Shown here one piece after another: positions 38,134-47,801 of a stretch of 64,000 bases of DNA; positions within the stretch are counted from its first letter, which is position 1, and each line of letters starts with the position of its first letter. Made by a program: the position numbers and the translations under genes. The notes beneath the pieces are model-generated. The model was not told the origin of the DNA. It was given only the letters and a program-made list of their open reading frames with translations, and did no database searches. Origin of the DNA: a bacterium (GTDB lineage: Bacteria > Patescibacteriota > Andersenbacteria > UBA10190); contig JBDRMS010000006.1 of NCBI GenBank assembly GCA_043811915.1, positions 86,870 to 150,869 of the forward strand, read 5' to 3'.

Positions 38134-38787
38134 CTAGTCCTCGTTGTCGATGAGTAGGTGTTTGATGTCAGACAACGAACGAGCGTAGTCGGCCTCGTCA
38201 AAAACAAATTTTTTATATTCTGTGGGCTTCATAATGCTTTTTAGTAGTGACTTATGGCACACGACTGCGCGTACCTTATTGATGTATTCTGGTAGGGACG
38301 ACCAACGATACGTGGAGGGATTGTTGATCATGTGGGCTACAAAAGGGTTGAGGTGGATGTAACGACTGACATGAAGCAACTGTTCATCTCCGTCAACCAG
38401 TACAGAGTGAAATGGATTGACAAACAATGAGCCAGATCGGTGTTCTCTTGTGTTGAAATATTTAGCATAACTAGTTAGCAGTCGTAGTATATAGAGCGAG
38501 GTGCCGCCGCTGGCGTTCTCTCTGATTAGAAGATGAATATGATTTGGCATTAGACTGTAGCATAAGAGATCGATTAATCCTGACCCGCTGGGTGTTCTTT
38601 CGGCCTCCTGTTTTAATTTCCGTGCGACTGAAAAGCTCTGGATATTACCCTTTGGCAGACAGTGAGTGAGTAGTGCCACGAATCGATGTTTGTCACTGTC
38701 GTATCTAAAGATGTTTCGCTTTTCAACTCCCCGCGTGCAGATATGATATATCTCGCCTGGAACAAGCTCGTCATAGCGGTAACTCAT
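38134..38787 (-). CDS. REP-associated tyrosine (Y1 HUH) transposase, RAYT-like, copy 2
   Basis: YH...RG, LMPNHIH, RYIHLNP, WSS; full-length paralog of 10168-10827. Confidence 0.93.
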   Translation of the reverse strand: MSYRYDELVPGEIYHICTRGVEKRNIFRYDSDKHRFVALLTHCLPKGNIQSFSVARKLKQEAERTPSGSGLIDLLCYSLMPNHIHLLIRENASGGTSLYILRLLTSYAKYFNTREHRSGSLFVNPFHSVLVDGDEQLLHVSRYIHLNPFVAHMINNPSTYRWSSLPEYINKVRAVVCHKSLLKSIMKPTEYKKFVFDEADYARSLSDIKHLLIDNED

Positions 38788-38825
38788 AGAACTATTATAT
38801 TATCACTACACGCTAAAACAAGGGT

Positions 38826-38863
38826 ATTCCAACCCTTAGGGTTGGAATGTAGGGTTGGAATGT
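38826..38863. repeat. REP-like palindrome plus tandem duplication of distal arm (AGGGTTGGAATGT x2)
   Basis: Read directly. Confidence 0.95.
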
Positions 38864-38930
38864 GGGTATGCGAGGAGCGAATCAGGCTTGTTGTTTGTCA
38901 AGACCTTGGTTTGAATGATATTCTCCTCCC

Positions 38931-40739
38931 ATGGGTGAAAAAAAGAAAATTTATAACTTTGTGATAATTGCACACATTGACCATGGCAAGTCGACGTTGG
39001 CGGATCGAATGTTGGAGTTAACGGGAACGGTGGAGAAGCGCAAGATGAAGGAACAACTGCTCGATAGCATGGAGCTGGAGCGTGAGAAGGGAATTACTAT
39101 AAAGTTGCAGCCGGTCCGCATGGCCTGGCATAATGAGATATTAAATTTAATTGACACGCCCGGGCACGTGGATTTTCAGTATGAAGTGAGTCGGAGCCTG
39201 GCAGCGGTGGAGGGGGCGGTTTTACTGGTGGATGCCACACAAGGAGTGCAGGCGCAAACAATGACTAATTTGTATTTGGCCTTGGAGCAGAGCCTGGAAA
39301 TTATTCCGGTCATAAATAAAATTGACCTGCCGGCGGCACAGGTAGACAGAGTAAAGAGTGAGATTGGGTTGTTGCTGGGTACGAGTGGAGATGAGATACT
39401 GACAATTTCGGCTAAGACGGGCCAGGGGGTGGAGCGGTTGTTAAATGCGGTGGTAGAAAAGGTCCCGGCTGTTTGTGCACCCACTAATGCAGCGGGTGAA
39501 GCTTTTAGAAGCCTCGTTTTTGACTCGGTGTATGATGATTACAAGGGAGTAGTGGCTTATGTTCGAGTAGTTGATGGAGAAATTAGGACGGGCGACGAAA
39601 TAGCTTTTCTGGGCACAGGAGCCCATGACCGCGCAGTGGAGGTTGGCGTGTTCACGCCAGCATTTAAAGCAACAGGTATTTTGGCGGCGGGAGAAGTTGG
39701 GTATGTGGCAACGGGACTAAAAGATATTCGCAAGGCCAGAGTAGGTGATACTTTAACACATGCGGCCCGCCAATACGGTGGGCGGCCAACGCCGAAGGCA
39801 CTGGCTGGCTTTTCAATACCGCAGGCGAAAGTGTTTGCCGGGATTTATCCGGCTAGCGGAGATGATTTTGCTCGTTTACGGGAGGCCGTCAGTAAATTGC
39901 AGCTGAATGACGCTTCACTGACGGTGCAACAGGAGCAAAGCCAGGTGCTGGGGCAGGGTTTTCGATGTGGCTTTCTTGGTATGCTGCACCTGGAAATTGT
40001 GCAGGAGAGGTTAATAAGAGAGTACGAGCTTGACTTAGTGATTACCACACCCAGTGTGTTGTATCGGATCGAGACGAACGATGGCGAAAAGATTGATGTG
40101 CACACGCCGGCCGAATTTCCGGATCTATCCAGAGTGGAGCGGACGCTGGAGCAGTACGTAGAAGCCGAGGTGGTGACGCCGACGAAGCATCTGGGGCTGG
40201 TATTTGAGCTTATGAAGCAGCGCGAGGCAGTGTTAAAACAGCAGGAACAGTTAGGGCCGGAGCGGATGTTGCTAAAATATGAGTTACCGCTGCGGGAACT
40301 GGTAGTGAATTTGTATGATCGCTTGAAGTCGGCCACGAGTGGCTACGGGTCCTTGAGTTATGAGCTGACTGATTGGCGTGAGACTGACGTGGTGCGGCTG
40401 AATATATTGATTAATCATGAGGTGATTGAGGCACTTTCGGTAATTGTGCCGCGGATAAAGGGAGACAGTGTGGGACGGCGGGCGGTTGGTAAACTGAAAA
40501 AGATTTTACCGCGACAATTGTTTGTGGTGCCATTGCAGGCGGCTATAGGGGGCAAGATTATTGCGCGAGAGACGCTGCCGGCACAGCGCAAGGATGTCAC
40601 AGGTCACTTATACGGCGGAGACGTGACACGAAAAAGAAAGTTGCTGGAAAAACAGAAAAAAGGCAAAAAACGACTGGCTAAAAGCGGTTCGGTAGAAATA
40701 CCACCCGAGGCGTATAGGGCGATTTTGACGGAAGATTAA
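38931..40739 (+). CDS. lepA: Elongation factor 4 (LepA)
   Basis: AHIDHGKSTLADR, DTPGHVDF, GFRCGFLG.LH, YGGDVTRKRKLL. Confidence 0.99.
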   Translation: MGEKKKIYNFVIIAHIDHGKSTLADRMLELTGTVEKRKMKEQLLDSMELEREKGITIKLQPVRMAWHNEILNLIDTPGHVDFQYEVSRSLAAVEGAVLLVDATQGVQAQTMTNLYLALEQSLEIIPVINKIDLPAAQVDRVKSEIGLLLGTSGDEILTISAKTGQGVERLLNAVVEKVPAVCAPTNAAGEAFRSLVFDSVYDDYKGVVAYVRVVDGEIRTGDEIAFLGTGAHDRAVEVGVFTPAFKATGILAAGEVGYVATGLKDIRKARVGDTLTHAARQYGGRPTPKALAGFSIPQAKVFAGIYPASGDDFARLREAVSKLQLNDASLTVQQEQSQVLGQGFRCGFLGMLHLEIVQERLIREYELDLVITTPSVLYRIETNDGEKIDVHTPAEFPDLSRVERTLEQYVEAEVVTPTKHLGLVFELMKQREAVLKQQEQLGPERMLLKYELPLRELVVNLYDRLKSATSGYGSLSYELTDWRETDVVRLNILINHEVIEALSVIVPRIKGDSVGRRAVGKLKKILPRQLFVVPLQAAIGGKIIARETLPAQRKDVTGHLYGGDVTRKRKLLEKQKKGKKRLAKSGSVEIPPEAYRAILTED

Positions 40740-40762
40740 TAGTGCGCTAAGCTGCCTGGCTT

Positions 40763-41035
40763 ATGAAGAAAGTATTTTGGGCGGTGACCGTGGTGGTTGC
40801 CGGCTGGATGACGGTGTTCTGGCTGGACCTGGAGTCGCGGCAAGTAATGTTTGGGGTGATATTAGCGGCGGGCTTGTTTTTATTGATGTCGTTGCGACAG
40901 AAGGAAGATATGTCGGTGAGCTTTAAAGACGAGACTAGTGTTAATGAGTTGCTTAAAAGTGATGCTTTGTCGCCAGAGGATGCGCGGAAGTGGCTGGACA
41001 GCTTTTTAGTTGAGCAGCAGCAGGACAAGAAGTAG
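40763..41035 (+). CDS. Small two-TM hypothetical protein
   Basis: Two hydrophobic segments, fits operon spacing. Confidence 0.6.
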   Translation: MKKVFWAVTVVVAGWMTVFWLDLESRQVMFGVILAAGLFLLMSLRQKEDMSVSFKDETSVNELLKSDALSPEDARKWLDSFLVEQQQDKK

Positions 41036-41063
41036 ACAAGGTCTTATACTGTATATGTAGAGT

Positions 41064-41606
41064 ATGCCGTTTATTTTTAAGAAATTGGCAATTCCTGATG
41101 TGACGGTGGTGCAGCCGAGGGTGTTTGGCGATGAGCGCGGTTCGTTTGTAGAAATTTATAAGGCGTCGGAGTTTGCCAGGCACGGCATTGATAAGCCTTT
41201 CGTTCAGTTTAATCTTTCAGTGAGTAAGCGGAACGTGTTGCGGGGCTTGCATTATCAATTGGGCCCGGCGGCACAAGGCAAGCTGGTGCGGATTGCAGTG
41301 GGTAGTATTTATGATGTGGTGGTAGATATTCGTTCTGATTCCAGTACATTTGGTCAGTGGGTGAGCGAAGTGCTTTCCGCAGAGCAGGGAAATATGTTGT
41401 ATGCTCCGGAAGGCTTTGCCCATGGGTTTTGTGTGTTATCTGAAGCGGCTCATGTACAGTACTGCGCAACGGCCGAGTATACACCGGACAAGGAGCGGGG
41501 AATTGTCTGGAATGATTCTGATTTGGCAATTGATTGGCCGGTTATAGAACCGGTCTTGTCTGATAAAGACAAGGAGTATCCGGTATTCAAAAAGGCGGAA
41601 TTATGA
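41064..41606 (+). CDS. rfbC: dTDP-4-dehydrorhamnose 3,5-epimerase (RmlC)
   Basis: FGDERG.F, LRGLHYQ, QGKLV, GFAHGF, LSDKD. Confidence 0.97.
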   Translation: MPFIFKKLAIPDVTVVQPRVFGDERGSFVEIYKASEFARHGIDKPFVQFNLSVSKRNVLRGLHYQLGPAAQGKLVRIAVGSIYDVVVDIRSDSSTFGQWVSEVLSAEQGNMLYAPEGFAHGFCVLSEAAHVQYCATAEYTPDKERGIVWNDSDLAIDWPVIEPVLSDKDKEYPVFKKAEL

Positions 41607-41627
41607 AGAAATTGACTTTTAGATAAG

Positions 41628-41743
41628 AAAAAAGACCTAAGGTTGGGTAGTGGGTCGAGGGAAGAAGTAGGTTTGAGAGGAAAGCTTAGGTCTTATAAGG
41701 TACGAGTTGTTTTTTTGTTTGAAGGTGCGGGTTCTGTTTGTTA
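41628..41743 (-). ncRNA. Candidate small RNA with large C/U-rich loop hairpin
   Basis: 10-bp inverted repeat 41632-41641/41685-41694 with U-run; upstream TTGCAT-N16-TAGTAT. Confidence 0.3.
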
Positions 41744-41911
41744 CTTACTATACTACAGGTACCTAAAATAAATGCAAGGGCATTTTGGCCTCATTTCTCA
41801 TTTGGTGTTTAAAAGGCTGCGTCAGGGCTTCTAGAGGCAATTCACAGGATTATCCTGAGTAGGAGAAGGGGTTAATTACTTTTTACTTTAAAAAGGGTGT
41901 ATAATAGGGTG

Positions 41912-42739
41912 ATGATGATAAAAGAAAAAAATATAGTCAGGAGTTTTTTAATCGCTGTTGTTTTTTTGGTATTTACCACACTAAACCTCGTCCTGCCACA
42001 GCAGGCTAAAGCTTTTTCCGTCCAGCAAGTACTTTCTCCCGCAACTTCAGTTTTGTTAATGATCGGTGAAAAAGTCCAGTATGTCTTTGCCTTTACGCCA
42101 AGCAGTAAAGTCAAAGTTTTAGAAAGTCAGGCGCAAAGAAGACTTGCCAGTGCTCAAGGACGAGTTAAAGGCGACACAGACAGCGCCGAAAGTTTAATTG
42201 AGGAGTATCAAGATATAAAAAATAAGCAGAGTTCACTTCTTGATAAGGCTGATGACGATACCTTAAAGCAAGTTCAAGAGCAAACAGTGGAACAACAAAA
42301 AACTTTAGTTAGTATGGGAAATAGTGCTCCGGAAATAAAGAATACAGTTAAAACTGTGAATACAAACGTCGTCAATGACATCAAGGGTGTAGTTACTCTA
42401 AAAGAGGGGACAACGGCGGGTGAAGCGTTTAGCCAAAAAGCGACGATTGTTTATGCTCCAGGGACAGGGCCGGGAGCAGCAGGATCTGGCGGTGTAGGAA
42501 CCAGGGTAATTGAGGGGGGAGTATTACAGATGTACGCATCTGGGGCAGATGGAAATGGCGGTGGAGGGCAAACTGTTACGAATGAGAAGATGGAGATGCA
42601 GAATATGGCGCCGGCAAATTCAGAGACGAACACAGGAGCAACAAATGTAATAGATAATAATACAGGGTCTGGGCCTGGCACTTCTGGTGGTGGAGATTCG
42701 TCTGGAGGAATGGGTATTGAAGCAATTGTTGGAGATTAA
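41912..42739 (+). CDS. Secreted DUF5667-like protein with Gly/Ser/Thr-rich tail
   Basis: Signal peptide, EK....F.F....K......A.RRL pattern. Confidence 0.55.
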   Translation: MMIKEKNIVRSFLIAVVFLVFTTLNLVLPQQAKAFSVQQVLSPATSVLLMIGEKVQYVFAFTPSSKVKVLESQAQRRLASAQGRVKGDTDSAESLIEEYQDIKNKQSSLLDKADDDTLKQVQEQTVEQQKTLVSMGNSAPEIKNTVKTVNTNVVNDIKGVVTLKEGTTAGEAFSQKATIVYAPGTGPGAAGSGGVGTRVIEGGVLQMYASGADGNGGGGQTVTNEKMEMQNMAPANSETNTGATNVIDNNTGSGPGTSGGGDSSGGMGIEAIVGD

Positions 42740-42767
42740 CCACCCCGGGAGAGGAAATTGGTTTGCG

Positions 42768-43238
42768 CTAATTTAATTGCCAGATGGCGAAGTTAAGCAC
42801 GGTGGCAAAGGAGACCCAGTACAGGTAGGGGATGAGGAGATAAGGGGCAAGCTTGTCGAGATACTGAAATTTAATGGTGAGGGCGGCTATGAGGACGAGC
42901 AGGACAGTGATGTCTATAAAACCCAGCAGGGGACTTTTAAGACCGAAGAATAAAATAGACCACAAGGCGTTGAGTATCAGCTGGATGAGAAATAAAATAA
43001 TGGCCGGGCGGACGGCTGGCTGGTTTGTTTCAGTACTCCAAACGCGATAAAGAGCAATGCCCATGAAAAGATAAAGGATTATCCAGACGGGGCTGAAGAC
43101 CCAGTTTGGCGGGCTAAAAAAGGGTTTGGTGAGTGAATCATACCAGGTATTGATGGCAGGCATGGTGGCTAGTGAACCGAGTAAGCCGGCGGCGTAAGGT
43201 AGTATTAGAGAGATGCCAAGGATGAAAACTTTTCTCAT
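42768..43238 (-). CDS. tspO: TspO/MBR family protein
   Basis: WY..L.KP...PP.WVF.PVW..LY, LN..WS..FF, PYL.WV.FA..LN. Confidence 0.95.
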   Translation of the reverse strand: MRKVFILGISLILPYAAGLLGSLATMPAINTWYDSLTKPFFSPPNWVFSPVWIILYLFMGIALYRVWSTETNQPAVRPAIILFLIQLILNALWSILFFGLKSPLLGFIDITVLLVLIAALTIKFQYLDKLAPYLLIPYLYWVSFATVLNFAIWQLN

Positions 43239-43363
43239 AGTGTCTTCAGTAAGTGTAAACGAATAAATAACAATTCCCTAGGGGGGTTTTAGTGTTAGAC
43301 GGCGGGAGGAGGCGGTTTGGGAGATAGTTGAATCGATGGAGGCTGTGAGCTACGATTGAGTTG

Positions 43364-44200
43364 ATGCGGGTACTTATTATTGGCGCGGGGGGGATGCTGG
43401 GGGGCACTTTGTGTAAAGCTTTTGAGGACCAGGAAATTATTTGTTGGGGTAAAGAAGATATTGATATTACAGATGAGATGATGGTGCGGGAGAAAATAGC
43501 GGGCGGTGTTGATCTACTGATCAATGCCGCGGCATACACGGATGTTGATGGGGCGGAGACGAACAAAGAGCTGGCGTTTGCTGTTAATGAACTGGGGGTG
43601 AAAAATTTGGCTGGGGCGGCGGCGGAAGCTGGAGCCAGATTGGTGCATTATAGTACAGACTATGTATTCGCTGGCGATAGTAAAGAGGGGTATGAAGAAG
43701 ACGATGAGCCGGGGCCGGCGGTGAACGTGTATGGCGAGTCGAAACTGGCGGGGGAGCGGGCGCTGGCGGCAGCGAGCGACAGGACAGGCCTTGAATTTTA
43801 CCTTATCCGAACGGCGTGGTTGTACGGGGTGGGCGGCAAGAACTTTGTGGACACTATGTTGAAGCTGGCGCAGGAGAAGGACAGCTTGTCGGTGATTGAC
43901 GACCAGTATGGCAGCCCGACATGTACGCAGGATGTGGCGGAGGCGACGCGGCGGATTGTGATGGGAGAATATAGGCCGGGGGTGTACCACGCGGTGAACT
44001 CGGGGACAACGACGTGGTATGGTTTAGCCAGAGAGGTATTTAAGCAAAGGGGTGTTGATACAGAGGTAAAGCCGATTATAACTGACCAGTATCTCCTGCC
44101 GGCCAGGCGGCCGAAGTATAGTATACTTAGGGACACTAAAGGGCTAAATATGCGGCTGTGGCAGGAGGCATTAAAAGATTATCTTGACAATCGTGGCTGA
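43364..44200 (+). CDS. rfbD: dTDP-4-dehydrorhamnose reductase (RmlD)
   Basis: GAGGMLG, AAYT.VD.AE, STDYVF, YG.SKLAGE, DQ.GSPT. Confidence 0.96.
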   Translation: MRVLIIGAGGMLGGTLCKAFEDQEIICWGKEDIDITDEMMVREKIAGGVDLLINAAAYTDVDGAETNKELAFAVNELGVKNLAGAAAEAGARLVHYSTDYVFAGDSKEGYEEDDEPGPAVNVYGESKLAGERALAAASDRTGLEFYLIRTAWLYGVGGKNFVDTMLKLAQEKDSLSVIDDQYGSPTCTQDVAEATRRIVMGEYRPGVYHAVNSGTTTWYGLAREVFKQRGVDTEVKPIITDQYLLPARRPKYSILRDTKGLNMRLWQEALKDYLDNRG

Positions 44201-44215
44201 TTGTTTTACAACGTC

Positions 44216-44782
44216 ATGGTTATCATGAAAAATTTATGTAAAAAGCATTCGGCGGAATTAAGGGATGTTTTGGGCAATTTGGACGTTTTTCATGATCAAG
44301 TAGAGCAGGTGGTGCAGCAGCTGAAAGAGGCTTTTGCCGGGGGTAATAAGGTGTTAATTGCGGGTAACGGCGGGTCAGCAGCAGAGGCACAGCATTTTTC
44401 CGACGAGATGGTGGGGCGTTATAAGGAAGAACGACCTTCATATCCAGTGGTGGCGTTGACGGCGGATAGTGCGGTGATAACCTGTATTGGCAATGATTAT
44501 GGCTACGAAAATATTTTTAAAAGACAGGTGGAAGGTCTGGGAAAAGAGGGAGATGTTTTTATTGGCCTGACTACTTCCGGTACCTCAAGAAATATTCTGG
44601 CGGCAGCGGAGCAGGCACGGGAAATGGGCATGACTGTCGTTGCGTTTACAGGAAATCAGGGAACATTTAAGGATATGGCTGATTATGCAGTGGTGGCGCC
44701 GACTAAGGCAGGGGCGCGTATGCAGGAACTGCATTTACACGCTATTCATTTAATATGTGAGGCTTTTGAACCCGCCCAATAA
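44216..44782 (+). CDS. gmhA: Phosphoheptose isomerase (start uncertain)
   Basis: GNGGSAAEAQH, GNDYGY, TSG.S.N, QE.H....H. Confidence 0.95.
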   Translation: MVIMKNLCKKHSAELRDVLGNLDVFHDQVEQVVQQLKEAFAGGNKVLIAGNGGSAAEAQHFSDEMVGRYKEERPSYPVVALTADSAVITCIGNDYGYENIFKRQVEGLGKEGDVFIGLTTSGTSRNILAAAEQAREMGMTVVAFTGNQGTFKDMADYAVVAPTKAGARMQELHLHAIHLICEAFEPAQ

Positions 44783-44786
44783 TGTT

Positions 44787-45800
44787 ATGGAGACGACAAG
44801 AGCCAGTGAATTAATAAATAATTTTAGTAAGTATCGCGTATTGGTGGTGGGGGATGTGTTGCTTGATCATTACGTGCATGGCATTGTGGAGCGCCTGAAC
44901 CCGGAAGCGCCGGTGCCGATTTTGCGATCGACACAAGAGCGGGAAGAAACGGGCGGAGCTGGTAATGTGGCTAAGAACGCGGCTCGACTGGGGGCGAGGA
45001 CGTCGCTGGTGAGCGTGGTGGGTGATGACGCGGTGGCTTCTCGCGTGGAGCAAGCAGCCGGGCGTGAGGGATATAGAGCGACGCTGATTCGTGACGCTTC
45101 GCGGCCGACAATTCGCAAAGTTCGATATCTGGTAAACGGCCAGCATTTATTAAGAGTCGATCACGAGGAAACACATGATATTTCAGAAGATATTGAAGAT
45201 AGAATAGTGCAGGCGATAAAAGAAGAAATAACCAGTGGCGTTGATGCCATTATTGTGTCGGATTATGCCAAGGGCATGATTACCTCCAAGGTGGCGGAGA
45301 CAATATTAAGTTTAGCCAGTCACCGCGATTTACTGGTGGCGGCTGATGTGAAGCCTTCGCGGGCGCCATATTTCCTGGGAGCGACATTTATTTCACCTAA
45401 TATCAAAGAGGCGCATGAGTATTTAGGCTTAAACCAGCATGAGCGGAAGCTGGAGCCGGCCGAGCTGGCTAAGATGGTATACATGAAGATGTGTGCGGAT
45501 GTGTACTTAACTATGGGAAAAGATGGTATGTTTGTTTATTGCGGCGGCGAGTGCGGAGTGCATGTGCCGCAGGATAATGTAGTAGAAGTGGCGGACGAGT
45601 CGGGGGCGGGTGATACCTCGGTAGTGGTGTTGCTGTTGGGTCTTTTGTCGGGGGCTAGCCAGGAAGAGGCCTCTTATTTGGCTAATGCCGGCGGAGCAGT
45701 TGTCGTATCCAAGGTAGGAAGTGTGGGAATAACACGCGAAGAATTAATGCAAATGGTAGTGCGGCATAAGCATGAACAAGAAAAAAGTCATATTTCTTGA
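44787..45800 (+). CDS. hldA: Heptose-7-phosphate kinase (HldA/RfaE domain I)
   Basis: GDV.LD.Y..G...RL.PEAPVP, GGAGNVA.N, SDYAKG, SGAGDT. Confidence 0.9.
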   Translation: METTRASELINNFSKYRVLVVGDVLLDHYVHGIVERLNPEAPVPILRSTQEREETGGAGNVAKNAARLGARTSLVSVVGDDAVASRVEQAAGREGYRATLIRDASRPTIRKVRYLVNGQHLLRVDHEETHDISEDIEDRIVQAIKEEITSGVDAIIVSDYAKGMITSKVAETILSLASHRDLLVAADVKPSRAPYFLGATFISPNIKEAHEYLGLNQHERKLEPAELAKMVYMKMCADVYLTMGKDGMFVYCGGECGVHVPQDNVVEVADESGAGDTSVVVLLLGLLSGASQEEASYLANAGGAVVVSKVGSVGITREELMQMVVRHKHEQEKSHIS

Positions 45801-46305
45801 TCGTGATGGGACGATCAATGTTGATCATGGTTATGTTCACCAGATAGAAGACTGGAATTTTACTGACCGCGCGGTTGAAGCGTTAAAGAAGTTGCAGGAG
45901 GCTAGCTATTTGTTGGTCGTGCTCACCAGCCAGTCCGGAATCGGCCACGGATTATATAAGGAGGGAGATGTACAAAAATTGCATGAGTTTGTGAAAAATG
46001 AACTTAAGCGGGAAGGGGTTGAATTATCAGCAATAATCCATTGTCCGCATCGCCGGGATGCTGGCTGCAATTGCCGCAAGCCGGAGGTGGGGATGGTAGA
46101 CAAGGCGGAGCAACAGATTGGCCCGGTAGATTACGGGCAAAGTTGGATGGTCGGGGACAAAGTGGCCGACCTGGGTTTGGGTAAGAGAAAGAAGATGAAA
46201 ACAGCTTTAATACGCAGTCGCTATTGGCAACAGGATGAATTGGAAGAGCAACCGGATATCATCGTGGGCTCGTTGTTTGAGGCGGCGAATAGAATAGTAA
46301 TATGA
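45772..46305 (+). CDS. gmhB: Heptose-1,7-bisphosphate phosphatase
   Basis: FLDRDGTIN, QSGI, CPH....C.CRKP, MVGD. Confidence 0.92.
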   Translation: MNKKKVIFLDRDGTINVDHGYVHQIEDWNFTDRAVEALKKLQEASYLLVVLTSQSGIGHGLYKEGDVQKLHEFVKNELKREGVELSAIIHCPHRRDAGCNCRKPEVGMVDKAEQQIGPVDYGQSWMVGDKVADLGLGKRKKMKTALIRSRYWQQDELEEQPDIIVGSLFEAANRIVI

Positions 46306-46817
46306 CGATTTTAGATAAGAGTTATTGGCTGGTAGACAAAATATTGACGGTGGACGAGGCCGAAGTGCTGGCGCGTGACTTGAAAGACAAAGGCAAAAAG
46401 TTAGTAACGGTTAATGGCGCTTTTGATATTTTGCATGCCGGCCATTTGAATTTTCTGGGAGAGGCCAAAGAACAGGGTGATGTGTTATTTGTGGGTTTGA
46501 ATTCAGACAGTTCAGTGCGGGAGGGCAAGGGTGAGGGCCGGCCAATAGTTTCGGAGCAGGAGCGGGCGGCACTGGTGGCGGCGCTTGCGTATGTCGACTA
46601 TGTGATAATAATTGACGCGCCTTACGATGATGTACAGAACGTGATGTTGCGCTGCGTGAAGCCAGATATACATGTTAATGGCAAGGAATATGGCGAGCCG
46701 AAGAAATGGATAGAGTGGCCGGTGATGCGGGAGGTAGGGGCGCGCGGCTATGCCGTGCCGCGCCGGCCAGGCCTGGCCACAAGTGATATAATCGGGAAGA
46801 TTAAAAACATTTCATGA
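46302..46817 (+). CDS. hldC: Heptose-1-phosphate adenylyltransferase (HldC/RfaE domain II)
   Basis: NG.FDILHAGH, GLNSD.SV..KG..RP. Confidence 0.9.
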   Translation: MTILDKSYWLVDKILTVDEAEVLARDLKDKGKKLVTVNGAFDILHAGHLNFLGEAKEQGDVLFVGLNSDSSVREGKGEGRPIVSEQERAALVAALAYVDYVIIIDAPYDDVQNVMLRCVKPDIHVNGKEYGEPKKWIEWPVMREVGARGYAVPRRPGLATSDIIGKIKNIS

Positions 46818-47797
46818 TTATTGTCACCGGCGGGGCGGGATTTATCGGCAGCGGCCTGGTGTGGGGGTTGAACGAGCGAGGCCGGGAAGATATTCTGATT
46901 GTTGACTCGGCAAATCATCAGGAGCAGGAGCATAATTTGGCGGCGGTAAAGTATGAAGCGTTAATAGATGGGGAAAGTTTTCGTGAAAAACTTAAGCAGG
47001 ATTTTTTTGATGACGGCGAGATAGAGGCGGTTTTGCATATGGGGGCGATTTCATCTACTACGGAAGATAGTTGGGAAAAGCTGGAGGACGTTAATATTGC
47101 GTTCACGCAGGAGATTATTCGCTGGTGCGTGGATAGGGCAGTGCGATGTATATATGCTTCCAGCGGAGCGACGTATGGTGACGGCGGCCAGGGTTATAGC
47201 GATGATCATGAAAAATTTGAGGAACTGAAACCGCTTAATTTGTATGGTAAATCGAAACTGGTGCTGGATATTTGGGCACGGGACGGGGGATATTTAAATG
47301 AAGTAGTGGGACTTAGATATTTTAATGTGTTTGGGCCAAACGAGTATCATAAGGGGCACATGCGCAGCGTGATGGCGAAAAAGTTTAAGCAGATAAGAGA
47401 CGGGGGCGTGATTGAGTTGTTTAAATCGAATGACGAGAAGTATAAGGATGGGGGGCAAAAGCGGGACTTTTTGTATATTAAGGATGCGATAGGCGCCACA
47501 CTGCATTTTTTGAATGATAATAAGGAAGTAGGGGGAGTATTTAATGTCGGGACGGGGAGGGCGCGAACCTGGAACGATGTGGCAGAGACTATGTTCGCGT
47601 CACTTGATAAAAAGGCTAATATTCGCTATGTTGACATCCCTCCGGAGCTGGCCAAGCAGTATCAGAATTTCACCCAGGCGGATATTACTAAGCTGCGAGC
47701 GGCCGGGTTTAAGGAGGAAATGACCAGTTTAGAGGAGGCGATGGGAGACTATATTAAAAATTATTTAGCTAATCATTTACACTTGGGGGAGGCATAA
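46814..47797 (+). CDS. hldD: ADP-L-glycero-D-manno-heptose 6-epimerase
   Basis: [47 protein letters not shown]. Confidence 0.95.
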   Translation: MIIVTGGAGFIGSGLVWGLNERGREDILIVDSANHQEQEHNLAAVKYEALIDGESFREKLKQDFFDDGEIEAVLHMGAISSTTEDSWEKLEDVNIAFTQEIIRWCVDRAVRCIYASSGATYGDGGQGYSDDHEKFEELKPLNLYGKSKLVLDIWARDGGYLNEVVGLRYFNVFGPNEYHKGHMRSVMAKKFKQIRDGGVIELFKSNDEKYKDGGQKRDFLYIKDAIGATLHFLNDNKEVGGVFNVGTGRARTWNDVAETMFASLDKKANIRYVDIPPELAKQYQNFTQADITKLRAAGFKEEMTSLEEAMGDYIKNYLANHLHLGEA

Positions 47798-47801
47798 ACT
47801 T

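Noticed and set aside
38095-38863. CRISPR array from repeated palindromes
   Set aside because: Only 2-3 dispersed copies, no regular spacers and no cas genes.
43270-43290. AATTCCCTAGGGGGGTT as another RAYT2 palindrome
   Set aside because: The match is too short and the geometry differs.
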